Part shown: positions 1 to 9,270 of the stretch, one piece after another
Layout of the letters: every line of letters begins with the position of its first letter
How positions within the stretch are numbered: the stretch's first letter is position 1
Source of the DNA: Alphaproteobacteria bacterium
GTDB lineage: Bacteria; Pseudomonadota; Alphaproteobacteria; UBA6615
DNA: 64,000 bases
Assembly (NCBI GenBank): GCA_039980135.1
Contig: JBDXCV010000009.1
Span: forward strand, 131,854-195,853
Reading direction: 5' to 3'
Program-made: the position numbers and the translations under genes
The notes under the pieces: generated by a model
Told to the model about the DNA's origin: nothing
Database searches by the model: none
What the model saw: the letters and a program-made list of their open reading frames with translations, nothing else

Positions 1-88
1 TCCAGGCTGCGGATGCAGCTGCTTAGCTTGCAAGGACGCGCGCGCGAACCTATCTGCTGGGTAACCGAATAACTCGAGGAGACCCGAA

Positions 89-604
89 ATGACCGAAACC
101 GCATATCTCGCCGGCGGCTGCTTCTGGGGCATGCAGGATCTGATCCGGCGCCTGCCCGGCGTCGTCTCCACGCAGGTCGGCTACACCGGCGGTGAATTGC
201 CGAACGCGACCTATCAGCATGTGCGCACCGGCGCGACGGGACATACGGAGGCCATCGAGGTCGTGTTCGATCCCGACCAGGTCAGCTACCGGGACATCCT
301 CGAATTGTTCTTCCAGATCCACGACCCGACGACGCCCGACCGCCAGGGCAACGACCGGGGCACGCAATATCGCTCGGCGATCTTCTGGCGCGACGACGCG
401 CAGCGCGCGACCGCGGTCGATACCATCGCCGATGTCGAGGCGTCGGGGCTTTGGCCGGGCAAGGTTGTCACGCAAGTCACCCAGGCCAGAGATTTCTGGC
501 CGGCCGAGCCGGAGCATCAGGATTATCTGGAGCGCAACCCGGGCGGCTACACCTGCCATTTCGTGCGTCCCGACTGGAAGCTGCCCAAGCGCGACGCGGC
601 CTGA
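89..604 (+). CDS. msrA: peptide methionine sulfoxide reductase MsrA
   Basis: 171 aa. N-terminal GCFWG active-site motif (AGGCFWGMQ). ATG at 89 preceded by a GAGGA RBS. Confidence 0.9.
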   Translation: MTETAYLAGGCFWGMQDLIRRLPGVVSTQVGYTGGELPNATYQHVRTGATGHTEAIEVVFDPDQVSYRDILELFFQIHDPTTPDRQGNDRGTQYRSAIFWRDDAQRATAVDTIADVEASGLWPGKVVTQVTQARDFWPAEPEHQDYLERNPGGYTCHFVRPDWKLPKRDAA

Positions 605-659
605 CAAAAAGTGCGAGACGCGGTGTGATGTCCGGGCCATACGCCCCGTTTTCATTCGC

Positions 660-1196
660 CTAATCGACGATCAAAAATGATCTGTACGCCGGTGACGGCG
701 CGTCACGGGAAATCTCGTTGCTTTCCTGTCCCGCACCGACCGTGAACGAGTATCGCGCCGAGGGGCCGTGGCAATACCCGGAATATGGAGCGGCCGGGCC
801 GGCCGCGGGGTTCGCTGGTATTTTCAAGACCATCATCACCGCATCCGCCTCGGAGAACACAATTCGTGCGAAGGATTCTTCGCCGGACCACGCCGCCTCA
901 TAGAAGGGGTGTTCCGCCGGGTTTGGGCCATCGGGCCTGAAATACGCATATGGCGGGTACATGCAGACCCGGTCCCACGTAAAGTTGGTCAAGTCGCGAA
1001 CCGCACCGGCGCGCGCCTCTCCTTCGTAGATGTCGAGCAGCCGCCGTGCGGTGAATTCGCTGTGTGCGTCCGACAAGCCCGGCGCGAGCCGTTCAATCAA
1101 CCGCGGCTTGCGATCGGGCTGCAGCATCAGCACGGCAACCAATACGATGAGGGCGGCGACCGCGAATATTTTGGGGCCCCTCGTCATACGCATCAA
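660..1196 (-). CDS. hypothetical membrane-anchored protein
   Basis: 178 aa with an N-terminal hydrophobic segment (IFAVAALIVLVAVLML). Its start overlaps the stop of the upstream SRAP gene by 4 nt, so the two are probably co-transcribed. Exact start is uncertain. Confidence 0.5.
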   Translation of the reverse strand: MMRMTRGPKIFAVAALIVLVAVLMLQPDRKPRLIERLAPGLSDAHSEFTARRLLDIYEGEARAGAVRDLTNFTWDRVCMYPPYAYFRPDGPNPAEHPFYEAAWSGEESFARIVFSEADAVMMVLKIPANPAAGPAAPYSGYCHGPSARYSFTVGAGQESNEISRDAPSPAYRSFLIVD

Positions 1197-1942
1197 AACA
1201 GCTCCCCCTGATCGGGCGGTTCGTCTGCCAGGACGTGGGGCGTCAGCAGCTCCGGGCCGTCGTTGCGGATGTCATTGACGGCGCGACCCACGGGCACGAC
1301 GCGGACGATGTCTTCCGGTGCCGGGTGCAGCAGAGCGCCCGCCGCCTCCCTGTCGAAACGGTCGTCCGTCCCGTTGCCCAGCCAGGTATCGAAGCTGTCG
1401 GGGTTGAGGATCACCGGCATGCGGTGATGGAACGGCCGCAGGGTCTCGTTGGCCTCGGTGGTAATAATCGTCGCGGTCTCGAGTTCCGACCCGTCCGGCC
1501 CGAGCCACGCGTCCCACAATCCCGCGAAGCTGATCAGCCCGCCGTCGGGCCGGGATATCCAGACCGGCTGCTTGGGGCCGGTGCCGGTGGATTGCCATTC
1601 GTAGAAGCCGCTCGCCGGGATGAGGCAGCGCCGCCGCCGGAACGGGGCCCGAAAGGAAGGTTTCTTCGCGATCGTCTCGGCCCGGGCGTTGATCATCCGT
1701 GCGCCCATCGCCGGGTCCTTCGCCCAGGACGGCACCAGCCCCCAGCCGAATAGCGCGGGGACGCGGGCAAGTTCATCGATATTGCCGCCCGCATCGTCCC
1801 GGCTGGCGGCGCGAATAATCGCGACGATCGCCTGGGACGGCGCGATGTTGTAGCGCGGCTGCAACTCGAAGGTCGCCGACACCAGCCCATAAGCCGCGTG
1901 GATCTCTTCCCAGGAATGCATGAGGCCGAATCGTCCGCACAT
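1193..1942 (-). CDS. SOS response-associated peptidase (SRAP/YedK, DUF159)
   Basis: 249 aa beginning MCGRF. The invariant N-terminal Cys2 followed by GRF is diagnostic of the SRAP/HMCES family. Confidence 0.85.
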   Translation of the reverse strand: MCGRFGLMHSWEEIHAAYGLVSATFELQPRYNIAPSQAIVAIIRAASRDDAGGNIDELARVPALFGWGLVPSWAKDPAMGARMINARAETIAKKPSFRAPFRRRRCLIPASGFYEWQSTGTGPKQPVWISRPDGGLISFAGLWDAWLGPDGSELETATIITTEANETLRPFHHRMPVILNPDSFDTWLGNGTDDRFDREAAGALLHPAPEDIVRVVPVGRAVNDIRNDGPELLTPHVLADEPPDQGELF

Positions 1943-2349
1943 TCCGCTATTTTACACCGTTCCAAACAGGGGGCAGACAGGGTTTTGGCCGCGTTTTGTC
2001 GGTGATCCCGTTTCGTTCGCCGCTAAATTCCCGAGTCGCTTTGGGGCCGACCACAAGATTTTGGGTTTCGGAGTACAAACCGGGCACAAAGGATTTGAGT
2101 CGATTGCGGCGGCAAGACGTAATGATTTGGCAAATATCGGGGTTTTCCGGGCGCCCATCCGGCTCTCACATTGACTCCCCCGCCACAAAGATTACAATGT
2201 TCCCGTCTTGTTCACGGTGACAGGTCGCCAACATTTAGTGTTTACTGAATGTTACGGCTCTAGATGTTGTGGGTTATGCAGGTTTTCCACTGAAAACTGC
2301 CCACAAGGTGTGGAGCGCCTGGATTATCGCGTGGAGGGGGCCTTTATAA

Positions 2350-4365
2350 ATGGACGGATCAACCGGGATTCCGACTGAAAACAGCGCTGTGGAAAAGGCG
2401 CTCAAAGTGGAAGAAAACAAGGAAATGGACCTGTTTGATTCGCTCGATTTGGAGCCGTCCGAGGCGGAGACCGAGGAACGGGCAGCCGAATCCGAAGCGC
2501 AACCGGATGTGGATAACGACCTCGTCGGCAAGGACGACGAGACCGCGAACGTCTACCAGACCGATCGCGTCCGTATCCTGATCGATCCGGCGCGTGACGC
2601 CAACCTGACGGCCTTCGGCAAGGAAACCCTGGAAGACCGCTACCTTCTGAACGACGAGAAGGGCTCGCCCCAGAAGCTGTTCGCCCGCGTCGCGTGTCAC
2701 TACGCCGACGATTCGGCTCATGCCCAGCGCATCTACGATTACATCTCGAACCTCTGGTTCATGCCGGCCACGCCTGTTCTTTCCAATGGCGGCACCCAGC
2801 GCGGCCTGCCGATCTCCTGCTTCCTCAACGAAGCCTCCGATTCGCTCGAGGGCATCGTCGATCTGTGGAACGAGAATGTCTGGCTCGCCGCGCGCGGCGG
2901 CGGCATCGGCAGCTACTGGGGCAACCTGCGCTCCATCGGCGAGCAGGTCGGTCACAACGGCAAGACTTCGGGCGTCGTCCCGTTCATCCGGGTGATGGAT
3001 TCGCTCACCCTGGCCATCAGCCAGGGCTCACTGCGGCGCGGCTCGGCGGCGGTCTATCTGCCGATCGACCATCCCGAGATCGAGGAGTTCATCGAGATCC
3101 GGCGCCCCACCGGCGGCGATCCGAACCGCAAGGCCCAGAACCTGCATCATGGTGTGCTGGTGTCGGACGCGTTCATGCGCGCCGTCGAGGCCGACGAGGA
3201 CTGGGCGCTGGTCAGCCCGAAGGACCGCGCGCCGATCGCCACGGTCAAGGCGCGCAGCCTGTGGATCCGCCTGCTGACGGCGCGGATCGAGACGGGCGAG
3301 CCCTACATCGTCTATTCCGACACCGTGAACAGCAATGTGCCCGAGCATCAGAAGCTCGCGGGCCTGACGGTCAAGACGTCGAACCTGTGCTCCGAGATCA
3401 CCCTGCCCACGGGCCTGGATCATCTCGGCAATGACCGCACCGCCGTGTGCTGCCTGTCGTCGCTGAATGTCGAGAACTTCATCGAATGGAAGGACCACCC
3501 GACCTTCATCGAGGATGTGATGCGCTTCCTCGACAATGTGTTGCAGGACTTCATCGACAACGCGCCCGACCATTTCACCAAGGCCAAGTATTCCGCCGCG
3601 CGCGAGCGCTCGGTCGGGCTCGGCATCATGGGCTTCCACTCGTTCCTGCAGGAACAGATGGTGCCGTTCGAATCCGCCGTCGCGAAGGCGTGGAACAAGA
3701 AGATGTTCAAGCATATTCGCGGCCAGGCTGACGAAGCCTCGAAGACGCTCGCGGCCGAACGCGGGGCCTGCCTCGACGCCGCCGATTACGGCATCGAGGA
3801 GCGCTTCTCCAACAAGATGGCGATCGCGCCGACCGCGTCGATCTCGATCATCTGCGGCGGCGCCTCGCCGGGCATCGAGCCGATCGCGGCCAACAGCTTC
3901 ACCCACAAGACCCTGTCGGGCTCGTTCAACGTGCGCTCCAAGGCGCTGCAGAGCCTGCTCGCCGAGAAGGGTCAGAACACGGACGAGACCTGGTCGTCGA
4001 TCACGGCCAATGAGGGCTCGGTCCAGCATCTGGATTTCCTGACCCAGGACGAGAAGGACGTGTTCAAGACGGCCTTCGAGATCGATCAGCGCTGGGTCAT
4101 CGACCTGGCCGCCGACCGCTCGCCGGAGATCTGCCAGTCCCAGTCGCTCAACGTCTTCCTGCCGGCGGACGTGCACAAGCGCGACCTGCACCAGATTCAT
4201 TTCCAGGCGTGGAAGAAGGGTGTGAAGAGCCTCTACTACTGCCGCTCGAAATCCCTGCAGCGCTCCGAGAGCGTGGCCGCACTGGTGCCGGTGACGGCGG
4301 ACGACGAGGCCGACCGCGCCGCGGCAAGCCGCAACGATTACGAAGAGTGTCTCGCCTGCCAGTAG
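2350..4365 (+). CDS. nrdA: ribonucleoside-diphosphate reductase class Ia alpha subunit
   Basis: 671 aa with conserved RNR motifs (LSNGGT, ISCFLNE, NLCSEI) and a C-terminal Cys pair (CLACQ). An nrdB gene follows directly. The true start may lie downstream of 2350. Confidence 0.9.
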   Translation: MDGSTGIPTENSAVEKALKVEENKEMDLFDSLDLEPSEAETEERAAESEAQPDVDNDLVGKDDETANVYQTDRVRILIDPARDANLTAFGKETLEDRYLLNDEKGSPQKLFARVACHYADDSAHAQRIYDYISNLWFMPATPVLSNGGTQRGLPISCFLNEASDSLEGIVDLWNENVWLAARGGGIGSYWGNLRSIGEQVGHNGKTSGVVPFIRVMDSLTLAISQGSLRRGSAAVYLPIDHPEIEEFIEIRRPTGGDPNRKAQNLHHGVLVSDAFMRAVEADEDWALVSPKDRAPIATVKARSLWIRLLTARIETGEPYIVYSDTVNSNVPEHQKLAGLTVKTSNLCSEITLPTGLDHLGNDRTAVCCLSSLNVENFIEWKDHPTFIEDVMRFLDNVLQDFIDNAPDHFTKAKYSAARERSVGLGIMGFHSFLQEQMVPFESAVAKAWNKKMFKHIRGQADEASKTLAAERGACLDAADYGIEERFSNKMAIAPTASISIICGGASPGIEPIAANSFTHKTLSGSFNVRSKALQSLLAEKGQNTDETWSSITANEGSVQHLDFLTQDEKDVFKTAFEIDQRWVIDLAADRSPEICQSQSLNVFLPADVHKRDLHQIHFQAWKKGVKSLYYCRSKSLQRSESVAALVPVTADDEADRAAASRNDYEECLACQ

Positions 4366-4458
4366 GCAAGTGACAAAATACCGATGCGTAACGCCCCGGG
4401 CCGCCCCTGAAAATTGGCTGCGCCGGGGCCTCGCATCCGAGGGAGAGGAAAGAGGATC

Positions 4459-5418
4459 ATGTCGCTTCTCGAAGAGCGCGTTCAGTACAAGCCGTTCAGC
4501 TATCCGTGGGCCTATGACGCCTGGCTGATGCAGCAGCGTGTCCACTGGTTGCCCGAAGAGGTGCCGCTGGCCGACGATGTGAAGGACTGGCACCGCACCC
4601 TGAACAATTCCGAGCGCAACCTGCTGACCCACATCTTCCGCTTCTTCACCCAGGCCGATGTGGAAGTGAACAACTGCTACATGAAGCACTACTCGCAGGT
4701 GTTCAAACCCACCGAGGTGCAGATGATGCTGGCGGCGTTCTCCAATATCGAGACCGTCCATATCTCCGCCTACTCCCATCTGCTCGACACGATCGGCATG
4801 CCCGAGACCGAGTATTCGGCGTTCCTGAAGTATCAGCAGATGAAGGACAAATACGACTACATGCAGGAGTTCGGCATCTCGACGAACCGGGACATCGCCA
4901 AGACGCTGGCGATGTTCGGCGCGTTCACCGAGGGCCTGCAGCTTTTCGCGTCCTTCGCGATCCTGATGAACTTCCCGCGCTTCAACAAGATGAAGGGCAT
5001 GGGCCAGATCGTCACCTGGTCGGTGCGCGACGAGAGCCTGCACACCGCCTCGATCATCAAGCTGTTCCGCACCTTCATCAACGAGAACCCGGAAATCTGG
5101 GACGAAGAGTTCCAGCGCGAGCTCTATGTGGCCTGCGAGACCGTCCTGAACCATGAGGACGCCTTCATCGACCTGGCGTTCGAGATGGGCGGCATCGAGG
5201 GGCTCGAGGGCCGCGAGGTGAAGCAGTATATCCGCTACATCGCCGACCGCCGCCTGTCCCAGCTGGGTCTGCAGCCGGTGTACCGGATCGAGAAGAACCC
5301 GCTGCCCTGGATGGAAGAGATGCTCAACGGCGTCGAGCATGCGAACTTCTTCGAGAACCGGGCGACGGAATATTCCAAGGCCGCCACCGAAGGCAGCTGG
5401 GAAGAGGCCTTCGAGTAG
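4459..5418 (+). CDS. nrdB: ribonucleoside-diphosphate reductase beta subunit
   Basis: Ferritin-like R2 sequence (MSLLEERVQYKPFSYPWAYD…). The start is placed at ATG 4459 behind a GGGAGAGGAAAGAGG RBS. The ORF-track start at 4414 is an upstream extension. Confidence 0.9.
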   Translation: MSLLEERVQYKPFSYPWAYDAWLMQQRVHWLPEEVPLADDVKDWHRTLNNSERNLLTHIFRFFTQADVEVNNCYMKHYSQVFKPTEVQMMLAAFSNIETVHISAYSHLLDTIGMPETEYSAFLKYQQMKDKYDYMQEFGISTNRDIAKTLAMFGAFTEGLQLFASFAILMNFPRFNKMKGMGQIVTWSVRDESLHTASIIKLFRTFINENPEIWDEEFQRELYVACETVLNHEDAFIDLAFEMGGIEGLEGREVKQYIRYIADRRLSQLGLQPVYRIEKNPLPWMEEMLNGVEHANFFENRATEYSKAATEGSWEEAFE

Positions 5419-5434
5419 GCTGAAGCCCCATCTT

Positions 5435-5525
5435 CGTCATGCCCGGACTTGATCCGGGCATCTCGCCTCACCGCATTGCCAATCGAATACCAACAGAGAT
5501 GCGCGGATCTAGTCCGCGCATGACG
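5435..5525. repeat. MITE/REP-like intergenic element (family A): two inverted hairpin units CGTCATGCCCGGACTTGATCCGGGCATCTC … GAGATGCGCGG…CCGCGCATGACG
   Basis: The arms are reverse complements of each other. Each arm is itself a hairpin (ATGCCCGG/CCGGGCAT). Lies between nrdB and the permease. Confidence 0.8.
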
Positions 5526-5563
5526 GCGTTTGTTCATGTTTCAAGCGTGGTAGAAATCATCCC

Positions 5564-7330
5564 ATGACCCCCGACCAGATCATCATCTTCGCCATCCTCG
5601 GCTTTTCCCTCGTGTTCTTCATGTGGGGCCGCTGGCGTTATGACATCGTGGCCTTCACCGCGCTGATCCTCGCCGTGATCGGTGGCGTGGTGCCGACCGA
5701 CCTGGCGTTCCGGGGCTTCGGCCACCCGGCGGTGATCACGGTCGCCGCGGTGCTGGTGATCAGCCGCACGCTGCAGGTCTCCGGCGTCATCGACCTGATC
5801 GCCGGCGCCGTCCTGCGGATGGCAAAGAGCCAGGGCAGTCAGATGACCGCCCTGTCGGGCATCGGTGCCGTGCTGTCGGCCTTCATGAACAATGTCGGTG
5901 CGCTGGCGCTGCTCATGCCGCTGGCGCTGCGCCTGTCCGAGCGCCCCTCGGCCGTGCTGATGCCGCTATCGTTTGCCACCATCCTCGGCGGCTTGGTCAC
6001 CCTGATCGGCACCCCACCGAATATTATCGTCGCGACCTTCCGCACGGATGTAACCGGCGAGCCGTTTGCGCTGTTTGATTTTGCCTTCGTCGGCCTGCCC
6101 ATCGCGCTGATCGGGCTGATCTTCGTCCTGGTGATCGGCTGGCGATTGCTCCCCTCGGACCGGACCGGGCGACGCTCGGCCGAGGAGATGTTCGATCTGG
6201 ATTCCTACGTGGTCGAGGTCAACGTCGATGCGGAATCCGAATTCATCGGCAAGACCGTGCGCGACCTCGAGGCGCTGGACGAGGACCGCTCCATCGTCGT
6301 CGGGCTGCTCCGGGAAGATTCACGACGCCTGACCTATATCCAGAATGAGCGGCTGCGTGCCGACGACACGCTGCTTCTGCGCGTGGACCCGGCGACCCTC
6401 GACGACCTGCTCAAGAAAGGCGGGCTGACGCTCACCGGCAGCGAGCATCTCGAAGAGCAAAACATCCGCTCCGACCAGGTCGGCACCGTCGAAGCGGTTG
6501 TCCAGCCCGGCTCCCGGATCGAGGGGCGCAGCCCGCAAACACTTGGCATGCGCCGGCGGTTCGGCGTCGCCCTCCTGGCTCTCGCCCGGGAAGGCCAGCC
6601 GGTCCGCGAACGCCTGGCACGCACCCAGTTTCGCGCCGGCGACGTACTGCTGCTCCAGGGCAATGAGGAGGAGCTCACCGACGCCGTCGCCGAAATGGGT
6701 TGCCTGCCGCTCGCCGAGCGGCGGCTGACGGTCGGCAAACCGCGCGCCGTGCTGATCCCCATCCTAATCTTCACGGCCTCCGTTCTGTCGACCGTGATGG
6801 GTTGGACGCCGGTCCATGTGTCATTCGCCGCCGCCGTGGTGGCGCTGATCCTGCTCAACCGGATCAGCGCCAACGAGGCCTACCAGACGATCGAATGGCC
6901 GGTCATCGTGCTGCTTGGGGCGATGATCCCACTGGGCAATGCGCTCCAGTTCACCGGCGGCACCCAGCTGATTGCCGAAAGCATCGTCGGCCTGTCCGGC
7001 AGCATCCCCATCTGGGCGGTGCTGACCATCGTGCTGGTCGTGACCATGACCCTGTCGGACCTGATGAACAACGCCGCCACGGCCATCGTCATGGCGCCGA
7101 TCTCGGTCGCGATCGCGAACCAGCTCGGGGTCAATGCCGACCCGTTCCTGATGGCGGTCGCCATCGGCGCTTCCTGCGCCTTCCTGACCCCGATCGGGCA
7201 TCAGAACAACGTGCTGGTGATGGGCCCGGGCGGCTACCGCTTCGGCGACTACTGGCGCATGGGCCTGCCGCTTGAGATCATCATCGTCGCCACGTCGGTA
7301 CCGCTGATCCTAATCTTCTGGCCGCTTTAG
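5564..7330 (+). CDS. DASS/SLC13-type anion permease with two central TrkA-C domains
   Basis: 588 aa. Hydrophobic N- and C-terminal halves flank two soluble TrkA_C-like repeats, resembling the YbiR/CitT-like ArsB/NhaD permease superfamily. Confidence 0.7.
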   Translation: MTPDQIIIFAILGFSLVFFMWGRWRYDIVAFTALILAVIGGVVPTDLAFRGFGHPAVITVAAVLVISRTLQVSGVIDLIAGAVLRMAKSQGSQMTALSGIGAVLSAFMNNVGALALLMPLALRLSERPSAVLMPLSFATILGGLVTLIGTPPNIIVATFRTDVTGEPFALFDFAFVGLPIALIGLIFVLVIGWRLLPSDRTGRRSAEEMFDLDSYVVEVNVDAESEFIGKTVRDLEALDEDRSIVVGLLREDSRRLTYIQNERLRADDTLLLRVDPATLDDLLKKGGLTLTGSEHLEEQNIRSDQVGTVEAVVQPGSRIEGRSPQTLGMRRRFGVALLALAREGQPVRERLARTQFRAGDVLLLQGNEEELTDAVAEMGCLPLAERRLTVGKPRAVLIPILIFTASVLSTVMGWTPVHVSFAAAVVALILLNRISANEAYQTIEWPVIVLLGAMIPLGNALQFTGGTQLIAESIVGLSGSIPIWAVLTIVLVVTMTLSDLMNNAATAIVMAPISVAIANQLGVNADPFLMAVAIGASCAFLTPIGHQNNVLVMGPGGYRFGDYWRMGLPLEIIIVATSVPLILIFWPL

Positions 7331-7341
7331 CTCTGTAAAAT

Positions 7342-7416
7342 CGTGATGCGCGGACTTGATCCGCGCATCTTGTCCCCGCCGAAGAAGAGATACCCGGGCC
7401 AAGCCCGGGTATGACG
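7342..7416. repeat. family A intergenic inverted-repeat element
   Basis: CGTGATGCGCGGACTTGATCCGCGCATC … GAGATACCCGGGCCAAGCCCGGGTATGACG. Confidence 0.8.
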
Positions 7417-7501
7417 TTTAAGATCTTGGCGTACGGTCGGCTCGCCGTGTTCGTGACAGGCCGTGACTATTCCCCCTAAACTCAACATCGGAGGGAACAG
7501 C

Positions 7502-8677
7502 ATGCAAACCATCGACATCAGCCCGGAAGAAATGGCGCCGCACATCGCACGCTTCAATGAACAGGAATCCCAGTCGGCGCATTATGCCGCGGACACCGGC
7601 ATCCCGCGCGAAGCCTATGAGATCATGGCGGCCGAAACGCTCTACCTGATGATGGCGCCCGAGAACCAGGGCGGGCCGATGGCCCAGAGGCCCGCCGTCA
7701 GCGGCGACAGCGGCACGAGCGTGATCATCGCGCGCTGCCCGCCGGGCGACAAACCCTTGCTGCACGCCCATCACTTCACCGTCGAGAGCTTCATGTGCCT
7801 GACCGGCAAGTTCCGAATCCGCTGGGGCAGCGCGGGCGAACAGGAGATCGACCTGGAGCCCCATGACATGATCGCCGTACCTCCGGGCGTGGACCGGCAG
7901 TTCGAGAACATCACCGACGAAGAGGCGCTGCTGCTGGTGATCATCAACGGCGAAGGCGATGAGGATTTCTCGGACATCTCGATGCCGCCGGGCGAGACAG
8001 ACTTCATGCGCGAAAAATTCGGTCAGGACGTCCTCGACGCCTACGCGAAGATCGGCACCGCCTGGCGCCACGCCGACGGCAGCATCAGCGGCCCGCAGGT
8101 GCCCGCCCCCATCGAGATTTCGGATGCACAGATGGCGACACGCATCGCGCGCATTGCGGACATGCAGCCGCTGTCGGCCACGTCGGGGGATTCCATCGGC
8201 GTGCCGCGTGAGGCGCGCGAGATGGTCGCGGCGAAGAACCTCTATCTGCTGATGGCGCCCGAGAATCAGGGCGGCCCCATGGCACATCACGCGGCGATCC
8301 AGGGTCCGGACAATATCAGTGTGCTGATCGCCGATTGCCCGCCGGGCGACCGCCCTCTGCTGCATGCCCATCACCACACGGTCGAGACCTTCATGTGCCT
8401 GACCGGTCGTTTTCGCATTCGCTGGGGCGAAGAGGGCCAGGACCATATCGACCTCGACCCCTACGACATGATCGCCGTGCCGCCCGGCGTCGATCGCCAG
8501 TTCGAGAATATCTCGGACGACGACGCGCGGCTGCTGGTGGTGATCACCGGCAGATCGCGCGAGGACTACAACGACATCTCGTTGCCACCACAATCGACGG
8601 CGATCATCCGCGAGCGCTTCGGTCAGGACGTCATCGACGCGTATGGCCAGAACGGGGTGACGGTCCGGGAGGGGTAG
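7502..8677 (+). CDS. bicupin protein (two tandem cupin domains)
   Basis: Two internal repeats of about 190 aa that are clearly homologous (PENQGGPMA…CPPGD+PLLHAHH+TVE+FMCLTG+FRIRWG…MIAVPPGVDRQFENI…FGQDV+DAY). Start placed at ATG 7502 behind GGAGGGA. The ORF track begins at GTG 7463. Confidence 0.7.
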   Translation: MQTIDISPEEMAPHIARFNEQESQSAHYAADTGIPREAYEIMAAETLYLMMAPENQGGPMAQRPAVSGDSGTSVIIARCPPGDKPLLHAHHFTVESFMCLTGKFRIRWGSAGEQEIDLEPHDMIAVPPGVDRQFENITDEEALLLVIINGEGDEDFSDISMPPGETDFMREKFGQDVLDAYAKIGTAWRHADGSISGPQVPAPIEISDAQMATRIARIADMQPLSATSGDSIGVPREAREMVAAKNLYLLMAPENQGGPMAHHAAIQGPDNISVLIADCPPGDRPLLHAHHHTVETFMCLTGRFRIRWGEEGQDHIDLDPYDMIAVPPGVDRQFENISDDDARLLVVITGRSREDYNDISLPPQSTAIIRERFGQDVIDAYGQNGVTVREG

Positions 8678-8682
8678 TATGA

Positions 8683-8758
8683 CGGTCATACGCGGACTTG
8701 ATCCGCGTATCTCGGCACCACCTGATGTGAGATGCCCGGATCAAGTCCGGACATGACG
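8683..8758. repeat. family A intergenic inverted-repeat element
   Basis: CGGTCATACGCGGACTTGATCCGCGTATCTC … GAGATGCCCGGATCAAGTCCGGACATGACG. Confidence 0.8.
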
Positions 8759-8770
8759 ATTTAAGGTGAA

Positions 8771-8793
8771 GGGGCGGGTTTGAATCCCGCCCG
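8771..8793. repeat. family B hairpin GGGGCGGGTTTGAATCCCGCCCG (terminator-like, between convergent genes)
   Basis: 7-bp GC stem GGGCGGG/CCCGCCC. The same motif recurs at 10791–10815, 46425–46494 and 53326–53348, always at gene 3' ends. Confidence 0.6.
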
Positions 8794-8804
8794 AAACCGA
8801 GTCT

Positions 8805-9155
8805 CTAAATCAAATCCTCGAGGGTGCGCTGCTGCTCGGGCTTCCAGCCGACCAGCACCCCCGCACCGGTCTCGATCACCGGGCGCTTGATCAGGGTCGG
8901 GTTCTCCGCCATCAGCTGCAGGCCGATATCCTCGGTGACGTTGTCGCGGATGACCTGATCGAGGTTCCGCCAGGTGGTGCTGCCGCGGTTGAGCAGGACT
9001 TCCCATCCCACTTCCATCGCCCATTCGGTGAGCTTGTCGCTGTCGACACCGTCGGCGCGGACGTCGAGGAAACGGTGTGGCGTCTCGCGACGCTCCAGCC
9101 ATTTCAATGCCTTCTTGGTCGTGTCGCAGCTCTTCAGGCCGTAGACCGTCAGCAT
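8805..9155 (-). CDS. ArsC/Spx/YffB-family thioredoxin-fold protein
   Basis: MLTVYGLKSCDT… carries the family's N-terminal CxxT/S motif. Start at ATG 9155 behind GAGAGGA. The ORF track extends further to 9284. Confidence 0.75.
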   Translation of the reverse strand: MLTVYGLKSCDTTKKALKWLERRETPHRFLDVRADGVDSDKLTEWAMEVGWEVLLNRGSTTWRNLDQVIRDNVTEDIGLQLMAENPTLIKRPVIETGAGVLVGWKPEQQRTLEDLI

Positions 9156-9270
9156 ATCGGCGTCCTCTCGTAAATACGGGTTTGGTGGTTTGGCGCGCTC
9201 GACGGGGCGCGCTAACCTGTCGTGTAACACGCGGATATAGGAATATCCGAGTCCCGGACAAGTCATCGAA

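Noticed and set aside
2170-2349. Canonical NrdR box upstream of nrdA
   Set aside because: Candidate 16-mers (for example ACAAAGATTACAATGT) match the NrdR consensus poorly. Only kept as a low-interest finding.
3028-5340. 770-aa minus-strand ORF spanning nrdA/nrdB
   Set aside because: Antisense to two well-supported genes. Low-complexity Ala/Arg/Gly-rich translation typical of GC-rich shadow ORFs.
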